A stretch of 64,000 nt of DNA from Tubulanus polymorphus (GCF_964204645.1 NC_134032.1:3496175-3560174); one strand, 5' to 3'. Shown: positions 49,106-59,117, numbered from the stretch's first letter. Notes: generated from the letters alone by a model not told the origin. Translations and numbers: made by a program.

Positions 49106-49327
49106 ATGAGTGATAATAAGTGGATAATAACTGGATTATATAATGGCGCATTACTATCAGTTGGAACTGTTGGTTATTCAATGGTATTAAAAAAAGTATT
49201 CAAAATGGGAAGTGTTAATGTTGATAGATTTGATATCAATGATATTTTAAAATTAACGTTAGCAGTTACTTTATCTAATTTAACTATTGATTATTTGGAA
49301 AAACAAAAATATATTCCTCCCATATAA
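49106..49327 (+). CDS. Small hydrophobic (membrane) protein, 73 aa
   Basis: Two hydrophobic segments; T7-N6-TAAATG start. Confidence 0.7.
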   Translation: MSDNKWIITGLYNGALLSVGTVGYSMVLKKVFKMGSVNVDRFDINDILKLTLAVTLSNLTIDYLEKQKYIPPI

Positions 49328-49352
49328 ATGTATAATTTTTTTTGTTAAATAA

Positions 49353-49775
49353 ATGGCTTCTGCAATTATAACTATTATAGGATCAGCAATTGTTAACGCT
49401 TTAGCATTTACTGGTGGTGGTTATTTATTTAAACATATTGATAAAAATAGTTCATTAGGAGAACAAAGAAGACATAACTTAGCGTTAGAGAAATACAATA
49501 AAGCTGCAGAAGAATATAGAGAAATGAGACAAAACTATATGGATTACATCAATAAAGAATTATATGATCAGAAGATTTCACATAGAGATTTTCAATCAGT
49601 TGATGATGCAATGAGTTTATATAACGCAGTAACCAATAAAGAAAAATTACATCTATACAAACCTAAATTATCAGATTATTATACCCCAAGTAAAGAACAA
49701 CAGAAATATGAAATAATATGGATTTTAGGTGGAACTGTTATTGTTATATTTGTTGCTTATAAGTTTACTAATTAG
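49353..49775 (+). CDS. Membrane protein with N- and C-terminal hydrophobic helices, 140 aa
   Basis: MASAIITIIGSAIVNALAFTGGGYLF ... coiled region ... IIWILGGTVIVIFVAYKF. Confidence 0.75.
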   Translation: MASAIITIIGSAIVNALAFTGGGYLFKHIDKNSSLGEQRRHNLALEKYNKAAEEYREMRQNYMDYINKELYDQKISHRDFQSVDDAMSLYNAVTNKEKLHLYKPKLSDYYTPSKEQQKYEIIWILGGTVIVIFVAYKFTN

Positions 49776-49794
49776 TAATTTTTATTCTAAATAA

Positions 49795-50229
49795 ATGGAA
49801 GATAAAGTTGATAGTATTGATATTATTCCTCATGATATAAATAAAACTAAATTAAAAACATATTTAGAAAAACAAATATTAGAATTTGAAAGTGACTTAA
49901 AGATAAAAAAGAAAAAATATTTAAAAAGTAAAATTATATATTATTTGATTATAAGTGGTTCAGTTACAATTAGTTCTGTAATAACATTTTTAGCAATATT
50001 CAGTCCATTAACACCTTTAGCTATATCAATTGGTGTATTAGGATTAAGTTCAAGTGTTTTAACCGGTATAAGTTCAAAATTAAATATAAAAAGTAATAAA
50101 GAAAAAATCAAAACTAATATAAAAGAAATTAATAAATTAAAGAACACACTAGATTATATAATAAGTTTAAATGGCCATATAACAGTTGAAGAACAAGATA
50201 AATTATTAAAAGAATTAATAAATTATTAA
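49795..50229 (+). CDS. Two-TM membrane protein, 144 aa
   Basis: Hydrophobic hairpin IIYYLIISGSVTISSVITFLAIF / LAISIGVLGLSSSVLTGI flanked by basic coiled segments. Confidence 0.72.
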   Translation: MEDKVDSIDIIPHDINKTKLKTYLEKQILEFESDLKIKKKKYLKSKIIYYLIISGSVTISSVITFLAIFSPLTPLAISIGVLGLSSSVLTGISSKLNIKSNKEKIKTNIKEINKLKNTLDYIISLNGHITVEEQDKLLKELINY

Positions 50230-50246
50230 TTTTTTTAGTTATATAA

Positions 50247-51460
50247 ATGGTAGATAGTTTTCCAAAAACTTTCCGATATAATAAATCAATTAAATATAAT
50301 ATTCCAGCAATAGATTTTAATAATGATATTACATATAGAAATGAAGTTTTAGATTCATTAACTAATTTAGAAATTTATGTTACTGAAACTAATAATTTTA
50401 ATGCAAAGATGGAAAATATATTTCATGTATATTTGATTAATTTTAAAAAATTGAAAGATGAAAAACAATGGTTATTAAAATCTAATATGAAGTATTGGCA
50501 GAACCAATTAAATTTTGCTGTTTATTGTGCAACAACAGGTTGTGGAATTAGTTGGAATGATCATTTGAATAATTCTAAATATAAATAAGAACAAAAATTG
50601 GAACAATAAGATCACTTCCATGCCCTAAAAAGATTGCAGAATATTGTGCACTTCCCATACCATCTAATAGTTTTTATAATATCTATAATAAAAAATTAGG
50701 TTATGGTAAAATAGAAACAAAGGATTTAGAAACATTAAATTTCAATAAATTACCAAAATTTTATGATAATTTAAAACAAGAAAACAATAATGGTTGGGTT
50801 TATTTTATTTAAGAAAATAGTGAAGGTTTTACTAAATCAGGTATAGAAAGAATAAATCAATCTATTAGAACTTATTTGATTTGTATTCTAGGATCACAAG
50901 TTGAAACAAGATCGCCGATAATTGGAAATTTGAATACATCATTCGATACACAAAAACAATTTAAAGTTTTATTTGAAGATTCCATACATAATGATAAAAA
51001 TAGATCGATTCCAGAAAACATTATAAGATATCAAAATTATTTAGATAAATCTCATGTAAGACTAAATTATTGTATAGGCCCTAATCTATTAATTATTTCT
51101 AATGATTTAGTATTAAAGATGGGAAACATAATTGGTTATAATAATCTAATTAAAACTGCAACAATAAATAATTCATTTGGATTAAATGATATAAATAAAA
51201 AGATTATTACTGCTCCAAAATCAAAGGAAGGTGAAAAAAATAAAAAACACATTTAATCAACAGAAACTAAAACTAAGAATATTAAATTAAATAATGATTC
51301 CAAAATAAAAGATTACAAAACATCAGAAAATATAAAAACTGATAAAATTCAACATGATATAATTAAAACTGATAATGATAATAAATCACATGAAAATACT
51401 AAATTAGCTATAACTTGTATAGGAATTGTAATCGGAGGAATATTATATTTTAAATTTTAA
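50247..51460 (+). pseudogene. Disrupted Polinton gene with C-terminal TM
   Basis: Fragments 50247-50588, ~50590-51256 (different frame, TAA at 50810-50812) and a tail after an A-run frameshift ending KLAITCIGIVIGGILYFKF*; only the first fragment has the conserved start motif. Confidence 0.72.
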
Positions 51461-51476
51461 TTTTTTTATTATGTAA

Positions 51477-52943
51477 ATGGATGTAGAAGGTGGAGAAGAT
51501 ATTCCATTGGATGACATGGGAAATGATAATGAAGGATATATTGATAATGATTATAATGATGCAGAAACTAATATTGATAATGATGATGAATCAGCATATA
51601 ATTCTAATTTAGCAGATAGTGGTTCTAAAGCCCCATCAACAGATGAATTTGATAGAAGAACTAGATCGAGAATAAATCCTGAAAATGAAAATCCAGATTT
51701 AGTAAAACAAAATTTAGAATATAATGAATTTATGTATGATTTTCAACATGTATTTAAAGATTCTGGATATAATATAAATACCAGAGGCGCTAGACTTTTA
51801 GTACAAGAATTAAAGTTTTTAGATGGTGAATATTATTATCGTTTGAAAGATGATTATTATATTGATATCTCTTATAAAAAACAAAACAAAATATTAGCAG
51901 AATCAACTTTGCTTAAGTCTGACTCATTACTATCTAGAATTAAAAGAATAAGAAATAGTAATGAAATAGAAGATGTAACACAAGAAGAAATTATTAAAAA
52001 TGAAAGAGTATTTAAACAAAGAATTAATGAATTATTTGAAACAATCGATAATAATTTAGAAACAGAAACAACTTCTGAACAGAATATAACTTCCAAAACT
52101 AGTAAACTTAAATCAAACACTGAAGTTCAAACTGAAAAACTTTTACCGAATGGATTACTTGATGCAACAGATCAAGAAATAGAAGCTTTAAGTATGTTTT
52201 CTAAAAAAACAATTAGAGAAATAATAAGTATACGAAATGATGCCGATAAAATTGCTCGCGAAAAACATATTAGATATAATAAAATTAAACCTTTAGAAAA
52301 TAAATTATTTGACACCAGAAAAGAATTAGAACAATTAAAATTAGATAGAGAATTTAAAGTTATTGAAGAAATTGAATTTAAAAAAAGAAATGCATATTTA
52401 GAAAAAGAAATTGATGATTTAGAATATAACATAGAATTTCAGAAAGAAAAAATGAAATTATTATTAAAATCATATGATTATTGTATTAATAGATTAAAAG
52501 TTGTTGTTAAAGAGTTAATACTAAAACCAAATTCTGACATATCACTAAAAGATAGAATAAAATTATTATTTAAGTTTGAAGGAATAACAGTTCTTTCAAT
52601 TCTAACAGCTGTAACTATGTTATTTACAACAATTGGTTTAGCAATATCAAATGCTTTGAAATCTACTCCTACTCCCAATAAACCAGATAAACCTCCAGGT
52701 AATAATTCTATACAAGATAAAGTTAAAGATGGTTTAAAGAAATTAGCAAAATATTTATGGGAACTATCTAAAAAATCTGCTGCAGCTTTCCCAGGAGTTA
52801 TTGCTTCAATTGTTGGTTTTATATTGAAATCTGCAGGAAACATTATTAACTTTGCTGCTGAACATATTATTTTATTTTTAATCACAGTTGTAATTGCTAT
52901 TATTTTTGGTTTAGTAAATATGATATCAAAAAATATCAAGTAA
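51477..52943 (+). CDS. Acidic/coiled-coil protein with C-terminal membrane helices, 488 aa (candidate membrane-active virion protein)
   Basis: Acidic N-terminus (EDIPLDDM), long coiled coil, then ITVLSILTAVTMLFTTIGLAI, a Pro linker, amphipathic helices and a terminal TM. Confidence 0.75.
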   Translation: MDVEGGEDIPLDDMGNDNEGYIDNDYNDAETNIDNDDESAYNSNLADSGSKAPSTDEFDRRTRSRINPENENPDLVKQNLEYNEFMYDFQHVFKDSGYNINTRGARLLVQELKFLDGEYYYRLKDDYYIDISYKKQNKILAESTLLKSDSLLSRIKRIRNSNEIEDVTQEEIIKNERVFKQRINELFETIDNNLETETTSEQNITSKTSKLKSNTEVQTEKLLPNGLLDATDQEIEALSMFSKKTIREIISIRNDADKIAREKHIRYNKIKPLENKLFDTRKELEQLKLDREFKVIEEIEFKKRNAYLEKEIDDLEYNIEFQKEKMKLLLKSYDYCINRLKVVVKELILKPNSDISLKDRIKLLFKFEGITVLSILTAVTMLFTTIGLAISNALKSTPTPNKPDKPPGNNSIQDKVKDGLKKLAKYLWELSKKSAAAFPGVIASIVGFILKSAGNIINFAAEHIILFLITVVIAIIFGLVNMISKNIK

Positions 52944-52986
52944 ACTATGATATCAAAAATAAATAATTAATTTTTTTGTTAAATAA

Positions 52987-54234
52987 ATGAGTGGGAGTTA
53001 TATCAATCCTTCTAAGAATCATAGAATATCTAATGCTATTAAAGCAGAAAGATCACATCATATAATTACTCATAACCCTTCTAATATCAATCCCGATGAA
53101 ACTTTATACGTTAGAATCCCTCGATTAACACAAAATACTTTTTATGTTCCAAACTGTATTTATTTATCAGCTGATATAAAAGTAATCGGTAATAATAATA
53201 ATTATGTTGTTGATAATGTTGGAAGATATTTGATTAAAAAGTTAACAATAAAGATTGGTCCAGAAACAGTTTTCTCATTAGATGATTATAATTTATTTAT
53301 GCATTATAAAGATTTATGGTTAACAAAAGAAAATAGAAATAATATGATATTTCAAGGCATCCAATCAGAAAACCAAAATAAATTAAGATCAGAAGCTAAT
53401 AGCGCAATATTAACAAATGATGTAGATAAATTGATAAAAAGTATATATGGAAGCAAATATAAAATTCCATTAGACTTTGAATTGATAAATAATAATGCAC
53501 CTTTATATAAATACGCAATTCAAGAAGATGTTATATTCGAAATAACATTTGCTCCTGTAAATGAAATTGTAATATCTAGCGTTAATAAAGATATGAGTTA
53601 TAAATTATCGAATATATGTTTAGAATATGATACAGTAACTGATGAAAATATTTCAAGTATAATTCAAACTCAATACAATCAAGGATTTTCATTATTATAT
53701 GATTATATTGATAAATTTAAAACTGTAACTATTAATGCAAATGATGAAATAATAAATGAGAATATTAACTTTCCTAGAAGATCTATTAAAGGTATATTAA
53801 TATTTTTTACTATTGGAACGTATACTAATGGCGCAATAAATGTTGACAATTATTATAATCCTGAAATAACAAAAGTAGAAATAACTATCGAAGGTATAGC
53901 GAATAAAATATTTTGTCAAGGAATGAGAATGATTGATCAATGGGTAGAAATTAAAAAACATTTTATGAATGAAAAAGTAAAATCATTTGAAAATTGTAAC
54001 ATTAATCAAATTGATTATTATACCGGTAATAAATATGCATTATGGGTAGATTTTAGAACAACTGAAGATAATTCATTACATGGTTCTGGAAAAAAACTAC
54101 AAAATACAAAAGATGGAATACAATTATTCATGACAAAGAAAAAAGGAATCAAAAATTTTAAAATGCATATTTATATTATATCTGACGCACAATTAAATAT
54201 TATAAATTCACAATTAGATAGTGTTATGTATTAA
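52987..54234 (+). CDS. Putative major capsid protein (double jelly-roll), 415 aa
   Basis: Size, beta-rich pattern and motifs (NPSNINPDETLYVRIP, VDNVGRYLIKKL.I, ALWVDFR..D..LHGSG, HIYIISDAQLNI) match MCP-type ORFs of invertebrate Polintons as recalled; not verified by search. Confidence 0.75.
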   Translation: MSGSYINPSKNHRISNAIKAERSHHIITHNPSNINPDETLYVRIPRLTQNTFYVPNCIYLSADIKVIGNNNNYVVDNVGRYLIKKLTIKIGPETVFSLDDYNLFMHYKDLWLTKENRNNMIFQGIQSENQNKLRSEANSAILTNDVDKLIKSIYGSKYKIPLDFELINNNAPLYKYAIQEDVIFEITFAPVNEIVISSVNKDMSYKLSNICLEYDTVTDENISSIIQTQYNQGFSLLYDYIDKFKTVTINANDEIINENINFPRRSIKGILIFFTIGTYTNGAINVDNYYNPEITKVEITIEGIANKIFCQGMRMIDQWVEIKKHFMNEKVKSFENCNINQIDYYTGNKYALWVDFRTTEDNSLHGSGKKLQNTKDGIQLFMTKKKGIKNFKMHIYIISDAQLNIINSQLDSVMY

Positions 54235-54266
54235 AATTTTAACTTTAATAAAAATGTATATAATAA

Positions 54267-55145
54267 ATGGAAGGAGGTAAAGTATATAAACATATTCCAT
54301 ACATCGATACACATGAAAATAATGATGGTTTATATTATGTAATACCTTGTAATATAGCTTTGATATTTGATCCTATTTTTAAAAATTATAAAACTAAACT
54401 AATAGAAATCGATAATAATAAAAGTGAAGTTGTTGATAATTTAAGTAATGTAATTGATAATAATGTAATACCTTCTACATCTAATAACGTAATACCTTCT
54501 ACATCTAAAAATGTAATACCTTCTACATCTAATAACATAATACCTTCTACATCTGTAATACCCTCTACATCAAATAATATAATACCTTCTACATATAATA
54601 ATGCAATAATATTAAATGTTAGTGAAAATAGAAATTATTGTGATTATTGTAATGGTGAATTTTCAAACGCTCCATCAAATTGGAATAAACATATGAATAC
54701 AAATTCACATATTACTAATGTTATAGAACGTGTTGGTAAAAAAGAATTTATAGAACACCCATTTAGATATGTTACAAAATTTGTTTCAAATAAAAAAGTA
54801 AATGGTGAAAAAATATATGAAGATTTATTATTAGCAACACCTAATAAAGATGAATTAGATTTAACCGATGCTAATGAAATATTAGGATCAAACACTGTAA
54901 ATGAAATATTAGGATCAAACACTAATAAAGATGATAATGAAAATGGTGTCATACGCCCACATGATGATATAGTTACAGTTAAACATATTGATAATAAAGA
55001 TTCTATAAAACTTAAAGTAGAAAATAATAATAAATTTGATTGGAAGAATAAGTTTAAAAATGAAACAACTATTGATGATTTAGTAAAAAATATGAAAAAG
55101 GTAAAAAAAGGTGAAAAAGGTGAAAAAGGTGAAAAAAAATTATAA
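54267..55145 (+). CDS. Hypothetical protein with (V/I)IPSTSNN repeats and a C2H2-like zinc finger
   Basis: Six IPST repeats (~54463-54600); CDYC-x12-H-x5-H; probable A-run frameshift near 55135 with an acidic tail continuing to ~55223. Confidence 0.7.
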   Translation: MEGGKVYKHIPYIDTHENNDGLYYVIPCNIALIFDPIFKNYKTKLIEIDNNKSEVVDNLSNVIDNNVIPSTSNNVIPSTSKNVIPSTSNNIIPSTSVIPSTSNNIIPSTYNNAIILNVSENRNYCDYCNGEFSNAPSNWNKHMNTNSHITNVIERVGKKEFIEHPFRYVTKFVSNKKVNGEKIYEDLLLATPNKDELDLTDANEILGSNTVNEILGSNTNKDDNENGVIRPHDDIVTVKHIDNKDSIKLKVENNNKFDWKNKFKNETTIDDLVKNMKKVKKGEKGEKGEKKL

Positions 55146-55304
55146 AGATATTGAAGAAGATTCGGTAGAGCATTTAAATAAATTGTTAGCGTCTTATAGT
55201 GAAAGTGATTCAGAAATTGATTAACTAAAACTCGAATAATAAAGGTTGAAAATTGTATAAAATAATAGTAAATAAAAAAGGGGGTTTAAATTATTTAAGG
55301 TATC

Positions 55305-55362
55305 TAATAGGGTATCAGGTATTAGGGTATCAGGTATTAGGGTATCAGGTATTAGGGTATCT
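55305..55362. repeat. 15-bp tandem repeat between the convergent gene blocks
   Basis: (tagggtatcaggtat) x ~4. Confidence 0.85.
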
Positions 55363-55383
55363 AATACATAGGTATACAAATAG

Positions 55384-55995
55384 TTATTTTATAAATATAT
55401 ATTCATAAGGAAATTGTAATCTCAGTAATAATTTTGAACCTTTATTATTCTTTAATTTATTCATATATTCATCATGTAATTCAGTAGGTATAATTTGATT
55501 TTCTTCCAATGATTGTTGCATAGATTTTCTATCTTTGTTGTAGAAAAAAACTAGAAATCTTATATTCTCTCTAAAATCTTTCACAATTGAATTATATTTC
55601 TGATTCAAAACCCAAGTTGTTATCCCAAAATGTCTACCAGAGAAAGCTAAATAACATAACTCACTTTCTCTAATTTTAGAATCATGTAAATTTGCGCAAT
55701 CATCAATAATAAATAATGTATTTGATCCTTTATAAATATCTAATGCAATTTTTATACAATTATCTAAATTTTCTTTTACTGTTTTAGGATTTAATATAAT
55801 AAACTTTTTTATCTTAACTATATCTCTATTATATGTTTTATTCATTTCATAAGTAGGACAGAATAATATTATATTATCAAAATGATTTTTATAAATAGTT
55901 TCTAATAAATCTAATATGAAGTGTGTTTTACCGCAGTTTGTAACTCCAGTTATTAACATATTATGCGGTTCAAATATAAATAAATCTTTATTCAT
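55384..55995 (-). CDS. A32-like (FtsK/HerA) genome packaging ATPase
   Basis: Walker A GVTNCGKT, Walker B FIIDD, GRHFGI..W...Q.Y motif. Confidence 0.93.
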   Translation of the reverse strand: MNKDLFIFEPHNMLITGVTNCGKTHFILDLLETIYKNHFDNIILFCPTYEMNKTYNRDIVKIKKFIILNPKTVKENLDNCIKIALDIYKGSNTLFIIDDCANLHDSKIRESELCYLAFSGRHFGITTWVLNQKYNSIVKDFRENIRFLVFFYNKDRKSMQQSLEENQIIPTELHDEYMNKLKNNKGSKLLLRLQFPYEYIFIK

Positions 55996-57076
55996 TTATT
56001 CTTTTAATTTTACTAGATAAAATCCATTCATTAAATTTATCATCATATCCTTTATATTTCACCAAAGAATACTTTTTTCCTTTAAGAGTTTTTGTTTTCA
56101 ATACTTTTTCTATTTTGTATTCTATTTCATCTGGATTTGGTACTAATGATAATTCTTGTTCATAAAAATAACCTAATATTTCTTCATCTTTTAAATCAAA
56201 CAATTTATAAACAAAAGGTTTAGTTAATATTATCTTTTTAATCTTGAATATTTCTTCAGTAAAATTAGGGGTATAACCTTTATAAAATGTTTTTCGATAT
56301 TTAGAAATTCTAACATGTTGTCCTATTTTAAATTTAGGTTCACCGAAATCATGTGTAACAAATGCTCCATATAAATTATTCCAAACTATTTCTGAATTTT
56401 CTTCTTTTCTAGCTTGTATAGGTTTCATATTTATAGAACTATGTTTAGAATTATTATAACCTTTAACTAAATCATCTAACACATCGATATATTTATATGT
56501 TTCATTAGCAGTAAAATATTTCCACATTCTAGTTTTCAATGTTTTATTAAATCTTTCTATAACAGATGCTTTTTTATCTGAATGTGTTGAAAAATATTCT
56601 ACATCGTTATCAGTTAATAGTTTTTTAAAATGTTTGTTATAAAATTCTTTACCTTCATCAAATTGTATCTTATCTGGGATAGCTTCTTTAAATATAGATT
56701 TAAAAGCATTTGTTACTTCTATACCAGTTTTATTTTTAATCGGGATACTCCATGCGTATCTACTGAATATATCTATAACATTCAGTATCCAGAAATATCC
56801 TTTGTTATATTCTTCTAAGTTTTTCATGTCAATTAAATCTGCTTGCCATTGTTGGTCAATATATGAAACCATTACTTTTCTTGTTAAATATTTTTTATCC
56901 ATCTTTTTATGAATTTGATATGTGGGTTGATTTTGTAACCATGATTTTAATTCACTATATTTTATATTGCTATTATCAGATTTAATTTTATTCCATAATT
57001 CTGAAACGTTAGAATATGATACTTCACTTTCTGGGTTATAATATAAATCTCTTAAATATTGTTCTTTTTTCATCAT
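55988..57076 (-). CDS. int: Retroviral-like (rve) DDE integrase with C-terminal chromodomain
   Basis: WQADLID, IDIFSRYAW, QFDEGKEF, ASVIERFNKTLK; chromodomain YKIEKVL...LVKYKGYDDKFNEWI. Confidence 0.96.
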   Translation of the reverse strand: MMKKEQYLRDLYYNPESEVSYSNVSELWNKIKSDNSNIKYSELKSWLQNQPTYQIHKKMDKKYLTRKVMVSYIDQQWQADLIDMKNLEEYNKGYFWILNVIDIFSRYAWSIPIKNKTGIEVTNAFKSIFKEAIPDKIQFDEGKEFYNKHFKKLLTDNDVEYFSTHSDKKASVIERFNKTLKTRMWKYFTANETYKYIDVLDDLVKGYNNSKHSSINMKPIQARKEENSEIVWNNLYGAFVTHDFGEPKFKIGQHVRISKYRKTFYKGYTPNFTEEIFKIKKIILTKPFVYKLFDLKDEEILGYFYEQELSLVPNPDEIEYKIEKVLKTKTLKGKKYSLVKYKGYDDKFNEWILSSKIKRINE

Positions 57077-57079
57077 ATT

Positions 57080-57475
57080 TTAATCCATTAATAATATTTT
57101 AGATTTATTTTCATTTGATTTATGATTTGACTTATTTTCTGGTATAATAGGTTTATTGTCATCGGAATCATCTTTATCATCAGATTTGAATTTAGATTTA
57201 TATATTACACCAGATAATATAATAACTGTTACTAATCCAATTGTAATATATAATTTATAATTACTTCCAGCATTAGAAGAATTAGATGGATTATTATTTG
57301 AATCAATACCACCGTGTGGGTGCCGTACGGCATCATCAGATAAAGTCTGTGATTCATTTATATCAGTTAATTTCTTTTTCTTAGCTTTTTTTAATTCTGA
57401 TGATCTTTTACCTAATTCTCTTGCCCATTTAATTTGTTTCTCGGATCTAGCCTTTTTCTTAACGCCATCGCTCAT
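57080..57475 (-). CDS. Single-TM protein with basic N-terminus, 131 aa
   Basis: Lys/Arg-rich N-terminus and LYITIGLVTVIILSGVIY helix; TAAATG start. Confidence 0.7.
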   Translation of the reverse strand: MSDGVKKKARSEKQIKWARELGKRSSELKKAKKKKLTDINESQTLSDDAVRHPHGGIDSNNNPSNSSNAGSNYKLYITIGLVTVIILSGVIYKSKFKSDDKDDSDDNKPIIPENKSNHKSNENKSKILLMD

Positions 57476-58073
57476 TTATCTTAGTTAATTTTTGTTCTGA
57501 TTCATCTTCTATTTCGATGTTTTGTTGTAGTACATCTGTTTCGTTCTTACCTGATTTATATTCCATAGGTTTGATATTCGAAAATGTTATAACTCCAGTA
57601 GAAATCAATGTCATAACCGATCCTAATTGAAATGAAGCATATCCAACCCATTTTTGTAATTCAGTCATAACTAAATAGTCATTTTTCAAATCATTATATA
57701 ATTTATTTTCATCATCAATTGGTATTAGCCGGTTACATAATTTTGAATAACATTTGATAATACCATCTGAAATAGAATCATTTATTCTAGCTAATCTTGA
57801 CTCTTCATAAATCTTAAAATATTTAATTACTTTTTCTTTGTTCATATTATCTAATTCTTGAAAAGTTATTGTTTTACCAATAAACTCTTTAGTTTTTCCA
57901 CTCGCAATCAATAGTTCTAGATGATGCTTACAATATAAATAGTATTCATAATCAATATTACTATCAATTTTATTATCACATTTAGTTGCCACATTATCAT
58001 TATCATCTGTTAGACCTAAATCTTCCAAAGTTTTTTCAACTTTAACATTATTCTTATTCGATTTCTTAGACAT
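57459..58073 (-). CDS. Polinton hypothetical protein, 204 aa
   Basis: Intact ORF with TAAATG start and a hydrophobic segment near the C-terminus. Confidence 0.72.
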   Translation of the reverse strand: MSKKSNKNNVKVEKTLEDLGLTDDNDNVATKCDNKIDSNIDYEYYLYCKHHLELLIASGKTKEFIGKTITFQELDNMNKEKVIKYFKIYEESRLARINDSISDGIIKCYSKLCNRLIPIDDENKLYNDLKNDYLVMTELQKWVGYASFQLGSVMTLISTGVITFSNIKPMEYKSGKNETDVLQQNIEIEDESEQKLTKINERWR

Positions 58074-58298
58074 TTATATTAGAGAAATTTAATAAGAATA
58101 GTATTATAAGTATTCTTCAAATGATACTAGCTAGTTAAAGTTAAAGAATTCTAGTATTAGTTATTGTTTTTTTAGTATTTTTTATTTGTGATATAAAGTA
58201 TTCTCTTTTGAAAAGAAAATATTAAAAATTAAAATAGAAATAATAGATAGTTGAAGGTATGTAATTTTTATTATATTTTATTTGAGATATATTAATCT

Positions 58299-58976
58299 TT
58301 AACCACTCATTAAAGACTCAACGTATTGTTCATTATTTGGATTATTATTCCATTGATCAATAAATTTCTTTGCTTTTGTTAACTGTTCTAAATATAACTG
58401 TAAATCTAGTTTGTTTCCTTTACTAATATTTTCTTTCTTTTCGAGTGGTCTCAGGTTCTTCCAATTCCATATCAATTTCTTATTGTGTTCATCATTCATG
58501 TTAAATTTAGAAATAGGCAACACGTGATCTATATGGAAATAATCTCCGTAATTATTTGTGTTCATTTCATCATCGAACTGATATGTAATCCATGATTTTA
58601 AGAATTTATCTGAACAATCTAACAAATTAGATAGTGTGGTTAAATGCGTTTCATTACTAAATAATTGTGATAATCTAGTATTTAAACATTGTTTTATTTT
58701 AAAATTAAAATCTGTTTGATACCTTTTCTTTCGATAATTATTTTGATACTCATTATAATATTCACGATGATCTTCTCGATAATCTGGATTATTTTCTTGC
58801 CATTGTTTATTAACCACTTTTTTACAACTTTTACAGTAATTTTGTAAACCATCTTTCTGAGTATTATTTTTTTGAAAATCTGAAGATTGTTTAATTAATT
58901 CACATTTAGAACATTTCTTATATATATTTATAACACCATTATTGTTTATATTTATAGTGTGTGGTTGTTGTTCCAT
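58299..58976 (-). CDS. HNH endonuclease with N-terminal Cys4 zinc ribbon
   Basis: KKCSKC...F....KDG....CKSC; C-terminal HIDHVLP.SKF...NWKNLRPL...EN.SKGNK. Confidence 0.85.
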   Translation of the reverse strand: MEQQPHTININNNGVINIYKKCSKCELIKQSSDFQKNNTQKDGLQNYCKSCKKVVNKQWQENNPDYREDHREYYNEYQNNYRKKRYQTDFNFKIKQCLNTRLSQLFSNETHLTTLSNLLDCSDKFLKSWITYQFDDEMNTNNYGDYFHIDHVLPISKFNMNDEHNKKLIWNWKNLRPLEKKENISKGNKLDLQLYLEQLTKAKKFIDQWNNNPNNEQYVESLMSG

Positions 58977-59117
58977 TTATATTACATATTTTTTACTAAA
59001 ACTGATTTATTTTTGTTTGAAATCTATGTGCTTCTCTTTTTCATTCCTTGTTCTTTTTCATTCCTCGCCACCGTAGTTGATAAATCATTTCGGATCTTTG
59101 ATATCAAAATCATACAA

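Larger units (their letters stand above)
48744..52989 (+). promoter_or_regulatory. Seven copies of a TAA-T(5-8)-N(6-8)-TAAATG start motif (poxvirus late-promoter-like)
   Basis: Immediately upstream of and including the ATGs at 48764, 49106, 49353, 49795, 50247, 51477 and 52987. Confidence 0.8.

Noticed and set aside
51872-52939. Minus-strand ORFs inside Polinton genes (also 45297, 49941, 54644, and plus-strand 56630)
   Set aside because: Antisense shadows of AT-rich coding sequence lacking the element's start motif.
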